Assembly (NCBI GenBank): GCA_965248265.1
Contig: CBDFJF010000001.1
Coordinates: 416,001-480,000, forward strand
Direction: 5' to 3'
Length of the DNA stretch: 64,000 nucleotides
Source of the DNA: Candidatus Latescibacterota bacterium
GTDB taxonomy: Bacteria; Latescibacterota; UBA2968; UBA8231
Shown: piece after piece, positions 57,947 to 64,000 of the stretch
Numbering within the stretch: position 1 is the first letter of the stretch
Layout of the letters: each line of letters begins with the position of its first letter
The notes under the pieces: model-generated
Told to the model about the DNA's origin: nothing
The model's database searches: none
The model's input: the letters and a program-made list of their open reading frames with translations, nothing else
Translations under genes and position numbers: made by a program

Positions 57947-59641
57947 ATGGCGTCATCGACCAAGGCCGCATCCAGGAAGAAGGGCAAGGCCCCTGCCAAG
58001 TCCAAGCGTCCGCGCGGATCCGGAAAGCCGGCCGCCGTCGAGGCAACGGCGGATTCGTCCAAACCACCGAAGCCCAAAACCAGCGGCAACGGCAAGGCCA
58101 CTGCGCAAACCATGGCGCTCAAGCAGCGCGAGATTTCCGTCTCCGAGTTCTTCAGTCGCAACCGTCATCTGCTCGGCTTCGACAATCCGCGGCGCGCCCT
58201 GTTGACCGGGGTCAAGGAAGCGGTCGACAAGAGCCTCGACGCCTGCGAAGAGGCTGGCATCCTGCCGCAGCTCATGGTCGAAATCGAATCAACCGCCGAA
58301 GACCGTTACATCATGCGGGTTCAGGACAACGGACCCGGAATCGTGAAGACGCAGATTCCGAATATCTTCGGTAAGCTGCTATACGGTTCGAAGTTCCATC
58401 GTCTGCGCATGTCACGTGGTCAGCAGGGGATCGGCATCTCGGCCGCCAGCATGTACGGCCAACTCACCACGGGTAAACCGACGCGGATCATTTCCCGCAT
58501 CAGCACCCGCCGGCCGGCACACCAGTACGAGATCGTCATCAACACGACCAAGAACAAACCCGAAGTCATCCGTGATATAGAGATCGAAGGTGATGAGTAC
58601 CGGCGGGGCACGATGGTAGAGATAGAAATGGAGGCGCGCTATCTCAAGGGGCGGCAGTCCGTCGACGAGTACCTCAGGCAGACGGTGTTGACGAATCCCC
58701 ATATGGAGTTGCTCTTCCGGGCTCCTGACGGCACGGAGACAGTCTACGAGCGCTCAACCAGGGACCTGCCGCAGGAGACGATCGAAGTAAAGCCGCATCC
58801 ACATGGAGTTGAGCTGGGTGCACTGATGAAGATGATGCAGGATACGCCATCCCGCACCGTGCAAGCGTTTCTGACCAGCGAATTCTGCAGGGTGTCGACA
58901 AGGGTCGCAAAAGAGTTCTGCGACACGGCACAGATTCGGCCCACGGCTCGCCCCAAGAGCATAGCCCGAGAGGAGACGGACCGCCTCTACAAGGCGATCA
59001 ACAATACGAAACTGATGAAGCCGCCGACCAATTGTATCGTACCGATTGGAGAAGAGCTGGTGTTGAGCAGTCTTCAGCAGAACGTCGAGGCCGAGTTCTT
59101 CACCTCGACGACGAGGCCACCGGCCGTGTACCGTGGCAATCCGTTTCAAATTGAAGTGGCGATGGCCTACGGTGGCGACATCGATCCCGAGGGGACGCTG
59201 ACGCTGATGCGTTTCGCCAACCGCGTCCCTCTACTGTATCAACAGGCCGCGTGTGCGATAACGAAGAGTGTGATTGACGTGGACTGGCGCAAGTACCGGA
59301 TGAGCCAGAGCGGCAACGCGTTGCCGACGGGTCCCCTGGTGGTACTCGTGCACATGGCCTCGGTGTGGGTGCCGTTCACCTCCGAAAGCAAGGAAGCCGT
59401 CGCCCATTATCCGGAGATCATCAAGGAGATTCGCCTGGCACTGCAGGAGTGCGGGCGGAGAGTGGGTGAGCATTTGGGTCGCCAGCGCCGAGCCGAGGAA
59501 GCCGAGCGCAAGCGCGATTACATTCAGAGTTACATCGGCCACATAGCTGACGCTATTCAGGAGATTACCGGCGACAGCGAGCGCAAACGCAACACCGTGG
59601 AAAAGTCGTTGCGTACGATTTTGGAGAGGAGCCGCTCATGA
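57947..59641 (+). CDS. top6B: DNA topoisomerase VI subunit B
   Basis: [52 protein letters not shown]. Confidence 0.95.
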   Translation: MASSTKAASRKKGKAPAKSKRPRGSGKPAAVEATADSSKPPKPKTSGNGKATAQTMALKQREISVSEFFSRNRHLLGFDNPRRALLTGVKEAVDKSLDACEEAGILPQLMVEIESTAEDRYIMRVQDNGPGIVKTQIPNIFGKLLYGSKFHRLRMSRGQQGIGISAASMYGQLTTGKPTRIISRISTRRPAHQYEIVINTTKNKPEVIRDIEIEGDEYRRGTMVEIEMEARYLKGRQSVDEYLRQTVLTNPHMELLFRAPDGTETVYERSTRDLPQETIEVKPHPHGVELGALMKMMQDTPSRTVQAFLTSEFCRVSTRVAKEFCDTAQIRPTARPKSIAREETDRLYKAINNTKLMKPPTNCIVPIGEELVLSSLQQNVEAEFFTSTTRPPAVYRGNPFQIEVAMAYGGDIDPEGTLTLMRFANRVPLLYQQAACAITKSVIDVDWRKYRMSQSGNALPTGPLVVLVHMASVWVPFTSESKEAVAHYPEIIKEIRLALQECGRRVGEHLGRQRRAEEAERKRDYIQSYIGHIADAIQEITGDSERKRNTVEKSLRTILERSRS

Positions 59642-60723
59642 GCGCGCTGGTGAAGAGGATCGAGAAGGAAGCGAAGAGCATTCGTGACAAGATTCTGAAG
59701 AAGCAGAAGCCGTCGATGAAGTTTCCTCTGCGCAGCCTGAGCAACGTGCGTTTCGATCCCAAGGCCGGGTACTTCGAGATGGGACGCAAGACGAAGGAGC
59801 GTACGCTGGCGGTGGCCAGCGTTAAGACGTTCGCGCAGTCTCTCAAGATGGTGTCTCTGTCGAAGAGATTGATCGAGACCGACGACATAGCAACGAAGAG
59901 AGAGGCCTATTACGTCGCCAAGGGCTGGGATCCAGAGATGCGCTTCAGTGAGCAAGATGAGTCGGATACTGTCCTCGACGACATCGAGGCCTTTCTTCGT
60001 GTCAATCGAGAGCAGTTGGGGTTCGTACCCGAGGAAAAGGGTGGTGAGGTCGCCGGCAATTTGACCGTCATTGACCAGGACAGTGATAGCGGAGACGAGC
60101 TCGAGATCGACTGCACGAAGTTCGGGTCCGGGGCTTACTCGATCCCGATCTCGGTCGAGCACCTGGGTTTTCGCTCAGACGCCAAGTTCGTCCTCGCGAT
60201 CGAGACCGCCGGCATGTTTCAGCGCCTGTGCAAGCATAACTACTGGCGCACGGCCGAGTGCATCCTGGTGTCCATGGGAGGAGTGCCGACGCGGGCGACG
60301 CGCCGGTTCATCCGGCGTCTGTCCGACGAGCTCAAGATTCCGGTTTACGCATTCGTCGACTGCGACCCCTACGGCATCTGCAACATCTACCGCACGCTGA
60401 AGGTGGGCTCAGGCAACGCCGCCCACCTGAACGAGTTTTTCTGTGTGCCCAAAGCCCGTTTTCTCGGAGTGACCCCCGACGATATCGATACCTACAGTCT
60501 GCCGACGCATCCGATGACGGAGGTCGACATCAAGCGGATTGATGACGCCCTCAAGAATGATCCGTTCGTTCAACACTACAAGCGATGGCAGGAGGCATTG
60601 ACGGGGCTCAAGCAGCGAGGGGAGCGTGCGGAACAACAGGCGTTCGCGGTGCATGATCTGAATCATGTGATTAATACTTATTTACCGGAGAAATTGGAGA
60701 GTGCTGGGGCGTTTTTGCCGTAG
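59638..60723 (+). CDS. top6A: DNA topoisomerase VI subunit A (Spo11 homolog)
   Basis: TKREAYY (catalytic Tyr), EQDESD, TOPRIM IETAG, G.P.RATR, DCDPYG, AEQQ. Confidence 0.95.
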   Translation: MSALVKRIEKEAKSIRDKILKKQKPSMKFPLRSLSNVRFDPKAGYFEMGRKTKERTLAVASVKTFAQSLKMVSLSKRLIETDDIATKREAYYVAKGWDPEMRFSEQDESDTVLDDIEAFLRVNREQLGFVPEEKGGEVAGNLTVIDQDSDSGDELEIDCTKFGSGAYSIPISVEHLGFRSDAKFVLAIETAGMFQRLCKHNYWRTAECILVSMGGVPTRATRRFIRRLSDELKIPVYAFVDCDPYGICNIYRTLKVGSGNAAHLNEFFCVPKARFLGVTPDDIDTYSLPTHPMTEVDIKRIDDALKNDPFVQHYKRWQEALTGLKQRGERAEQQAFAVHDLNHVINTYLPEKLESAGAFLP

Positions 60724-61165
60724 GAGGGAGCGTCGTGTGTGACGACTGCGCTTAACCTCGGCGATCCATCCATGGATCGCCGAGCATCGGCTGTTGCCTC
60801 GCTTCGCAGTCCTGCTACGCGAGGCAACAGAGCGACGCTTCGTCGTCACACACGACGCTCCCCATCGCAAAAGCTCGGGGGCACTGTACGGGAAAGCTGA
60901 ACCAAGCCAAACCAAACCAAAGGCAAACCAACCCAGCCGAATTCCTCCAGCCGACAACCAGACAAGGAACCAAAACGAAGAGCCTGAAACCACACCAAGA
61001 CCCAAAACCAAACCAGAACCAAGACCAACCTGAGCGAACTACAGGGTCGAGCTACCCAACCCAAAAGTACACAACACCATGGAGCATCGTGACCAACACA
61101 GGCGCCCCAAAGGCCCCCAACGAGGTTCCATGCCTGATAGTGGTATTTCATGCAGGTAAACTCTG

Positions 61166-61624
61166 ATGGTGACGGCACACACATTCTTGGTGGCTTCGAG
61201 TGTGGTAGTTGTGGTGGTCATGGGTTGCGGATCTTTCGCGGGGGTACCGGAGGCCGAGGAGTTTACAATTTCTTTCGGAACGGGAGGTGGGTTCGTGGGG
61301 TTGTATGAGGGGTGCCGATTGCATTCTTCTGGAGCGGCAGAGCGTTGGAGGAAGGTGGGGGCTGGTGAGGAGCAGGTTCTGTGGAGTGGGGATGTGTCGG
61401 TTGAAACAGCAGCTGGGTGGCGGGATAGATTGGTGGAGGGTGGGGCGTTGCAGGTGGTGGAGCGAGGGACCGGCAACATGACAACGCGGGTGACCTACAC
61501 GCGCGGCGACACTACCTTGGGCTGGTCGTGGCCGGTAACGGCAGGCGAGGATGGGCAGGTGCAACCACTTCGACAATGGCACCAAGAGTTCGCCGAGTTT
61601 TGCAGGAATTTGAGTGAGGAATAG
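61166..61624 (+). CDS. Hypothetical lipoprotein
   Basis: Hydrophobic leader ending VVMGC; ISFGTGGGFVG. Confidence 0.6.
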   Translation: MVTAHTFLVASSVVVVVVMGCGSFAGVPEAEEFTISFGTGGGFVGLYEGCRLHSSGAAERWRKVGAGEEQVLWSGDVSVETAAGWRDRLVEGGALQVVERGTGNMTTRVTYTRGDTTLGWSWPVTAGEDGQVQPLRQWHQEFAEFCRNLSEE

Positions 61625-61627
61625 CTA

Positions 61628-64000
61628 ATGCCGGAATGGTCTCGAACCAGATCCAGCTTGAGTGGTCGTCGACAGAGTCTGACAACGCTTCGCCTGGGTG
61701 GAATAGCATTGATGCTGGTGGTGGGCATGATACCATCTGGCGTTTTCGGGGCCTGGAAAGTCAAGCCGGCCCTGTACGAAGCGAATAGTGGTCAGTCGGT
61801 TTCGCGCCATGAGCTGGTCAGGGCGAGCTCGCTGCTGCGGGAGCAGATCGCAGCGGGTCAAAGACGTGCTTTCATGGCAGGCAAGCAGCTGGCACCTCGG
61901 CCGTCGCAGTTGTCGAGTGTCGTTGGCAACGGCCGTGGCCAGAGCTTGAGGTTGCCCGGAGTGGTGGCCGAGGGTTGGGACATCGTCTGGAACGAGCGGA
62001 ACGGGACACCCGTTTTCATCTCGACTTCCGGTGCCGGCGGGATCGCTGGAAAGGCACTAGGAGATGGGACTCCAGGAGCCGCTCCCGACCATGCCGCACT
62101 GGAATTCATTCATGAGAACAGAAAGCTCTTCCGCCTTGACAACCCACTCGATGAGTTGTCCGTCGCCGCCATCAACACCGATCGATTCGGCAAACAGCAC
62201 ATCAGGTTCCGGCAGCAATACCAGGGTGTGCCAATGTGGAATCAGGAGATCGTCGCACATGTGGCGCCGACCGGGGTTGTGTACGCGATCAACGGTCGTT
62301 ACGTACCGACTCCGCGCGGATTGCCGGCAGTGGATTCGGTGATCACGGCGCCGGAAGCGATCGATGTGGCACGGGGGGAGCTGGGGTCGCGGAGTCGCAT
62401 CAGCGACCTGAGTCCGAAATCAATGGCGTTGTTACAATACGATGGACCCAAGGCCGGTCAGTGTATCTGGGTGCATCCCGACACCGATAAGCCTCACCTG
62501 GTGTGGCATGTAGTCATTCGGCCGAATCTCCGAGATCGCTGGTACTACTTTGTGGATGCCCACACTGGCGAGATTTTGCAGCGCTACAATGCCACCGCAA
62601 CCGAGGGACCGACGACGGCGCAAGCTAGCGATCTTTTCGGGAATACTCAGACGTTGCAGGTATACGAGGTGTCCGACGCGTTCGTCATGATCGACGCATC
62701 CCGGCCGATGTTTCAGGAAGTGCAGCCGAACATCCTCAACAATCCCCTCGGAGTGATCTGGACACTGGATGCGCAAGGTACGGACCTGGGTGCGCGCAAC
62801 GAGGTCTTCCACGTGTTCACCGAAGACAACGTGTGGACGGACGCAACCGCTGTCTCCGCCCACACTAACACGGCGCAGGTGTTCGAGTACTTTCTGAACA
62901 CGCATGGCCGTCTGGGTATCGATGGCGTCGGTGGTACGATGATCTCGATTGTGCATGTGACGGAGGAAGGCGAGCCCATGGAAAACGCCTTCTGGAATGG
63001 CATAGTCATGGCCTACGGTGATGGCGACGTGGTGTTTTCGCCGTTAGCCGGTGCCCGTGATGTCGCCGGACACGAAATGACGCACGGTGTCATCGAGCGC
63101 ACCGTGAACCTGGAGTACGCTTTTCAGTCGGGTGCGTTGAACGAATCGTTCGCGGATGTGTTCGGGGCTATGGTCGACCGTGAAGACTGGCAGATAGGCG
63201 AGGACATCACCAACCCCAGTTTTTTCAGTACCGGTGCACTGCGCGATCTATCCAATCCAAACAACGGCGGTAGTCGCGGCGACAATGGCTGGCAGCCGGC
63301 CCACATGGATGAGTTCGTCGAGCTCGACATCGATACGGATAACGGCGGTGTGCATGTCAACAGTGGCATCCCCAATCGGGCCTGCTTTCTGATCGCGGAC
63401 GCCATCGGTCGCGAGAAGACAGAGCAGATCTACTACCGCATTCTGGACGCGCGCTACCTGAATTCGAGGGCAAACTTCTTCGACATGCGCCTGGCGGCAA
63501 GGCGCGCCGCCGCCGAACTGTTCGGCGATCCCTCCGCCGAGCTCGATGCCGTCGAGTCCGCCTTCGACGCGGTCGGAATCGAGGGTTTCGAGGGGCTGCA
63601 GGCTCCCGAGGACATCGCGCCGCGGGAAGGCGAGCGACGCATAGCCTTCGTCAATTCCGAGGACGGCAACACGCTCTACCTGGCGAGTTCCGAGGCATCC
63701 GGAGAAGACGTGTTGATCAAGCTATCCGATACCGAAGTGTCGACGGTAAGTGGCAACCCGGTCACCGTTTCCGCCGACGGGTCCCTAATCCTGTTTGTCG
63801 ATGCCGATTTTAATCTGCGTCTGGTGCGCTCGGACGGCAGTCGCGAGCTGATCGTCAGTGACACCGGTACCTGGCGGTCGTTGGCGTTGTCTCCGGACGG
63901 GCGCAAACTGGCAACGACGACGGTTTTCGCGGACACGACCATTTTCATCCTCGACCTCGTCGACCCGGATGCCACTCAGTCGATCAAGCTATCCAGTCCG
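61628..64000 (+). CDS. M4 (thermolysin/bacillolysin) metallopeptidase with FTP/PepSY propeptide and a C-terminal TolB/WD40-like region; runs off the window
   Basis: Open frame from ATG 61628; RFRQQYQGVP, VDAHTGEI, NAFWNG, HEMTH at 63071, ALNESFAD, DNGGVHVNSGI; absent from the ORF track because no stop lies in the window. Confidence 0.9.
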   Translation, partial: MPEWSRTRSSLSGRRQSLTTLRLGGIALMLVVGMIPSGVFGAWKVKPALYEANSGQSVSRHELVRASSLLREQIAAGQRRAFMAGKQLAPRPSQLSSVVGNGRGQSLRLPGVVAEGWDIVWNERNGTPVFISTSGAGGIAGKALGDGTPGAAPDHAALEFIHENRKLFRLDNPLDELSVAAINTDRFGKQHIRFRQQYQGVPMWNQEIVAHVAPTGVVYAINGRYVPTPRGLPAVDSVITAPEAIDVARGELGSRSRISDLSPKSMALLQYDGPKAGQCIWVHPDTDKPHLVWHVVIRPNLRDRWYYFVDAHTGEILQRYNATATEGPTTAQASDLFGNTQTLQVYEVSDAFVMIDASRPMFQEVQPNILNNPLGVIWTLDAQGTDLGARNEVFHVFTEDNVWTDATAVSAHTNTAQVFEYFLNTHGRLGIDGVGGTMISIVHVTEEGEPMENAFWNGIVMAYGDGDVVFSPLAGARDVAGHEMTHGVIERTVNLEYAFQSGALNESFADVFGAMVDREDWQIGEDITNPSFFSTGALRDLSNPNNGGSRGDNGWQPAHMDEFVELDIDTDNGGVHVNSGIPNRACFLIADAIGREKTEQIYYRILDARYLNSRANFFDMRLAARRAAAELFGDPSAELDAVESAFDAVGIEGFEGLQAPEDIAPREGERRIAFVNSEDGNTLYLASSEASGEDVLIKLSDTEVSTVSGNPVTVSADGSLILFVDADFNLRLVRSDGSRELIVSDTGTWRSLALSPDGRKLATTTVFADTTIFILDLVDPDATQSIKLSSP

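Noticed and set aside
60794-61033. 79-aa Pro/Lys-rich ORF as a real gene
   Set aside because: TTG start without a clear SD, low complexity; insufficient support

Overview
GC-rich bacterial chromosomal window. The gene content and recurring C-terminal 'SWGxVK' tails recall Latescibacterota/Poribacteria-like lineages (inference only). Most of it is accessory metabolism: two D-threonine-aldolase-family PLP enzymes, SDRs, an FGGY kinase/class II aldolase/HAD operon, sulfatase, uronate isomerase, PQQ dehydrogenase and several peptidases. It also carries DNA repair and topology genes (Fpg/Nei, SMUG1, topoisomerase VI A+B), anmK, murA, a MazF-type TA pair and tRNA-Phe(GAA). The most notable locus is at 47.1-50.9 kb, next to a duplicated tRNA-Phe 3' end. 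There an XRE/HTH regulator is divergent from an operon encoding a ubiquitin-like protein ending in Gly-Gly, a large protein with an E2-like H...G..IC motif, and a single-chain tandem-ThiF (inactive+active) E1-like enzyme, with no JAB deubiquitinase. The Ubl gene is interrupted by an exact 14-bp tandem duplication. All calls come from reading the sequence; no database searches were run.
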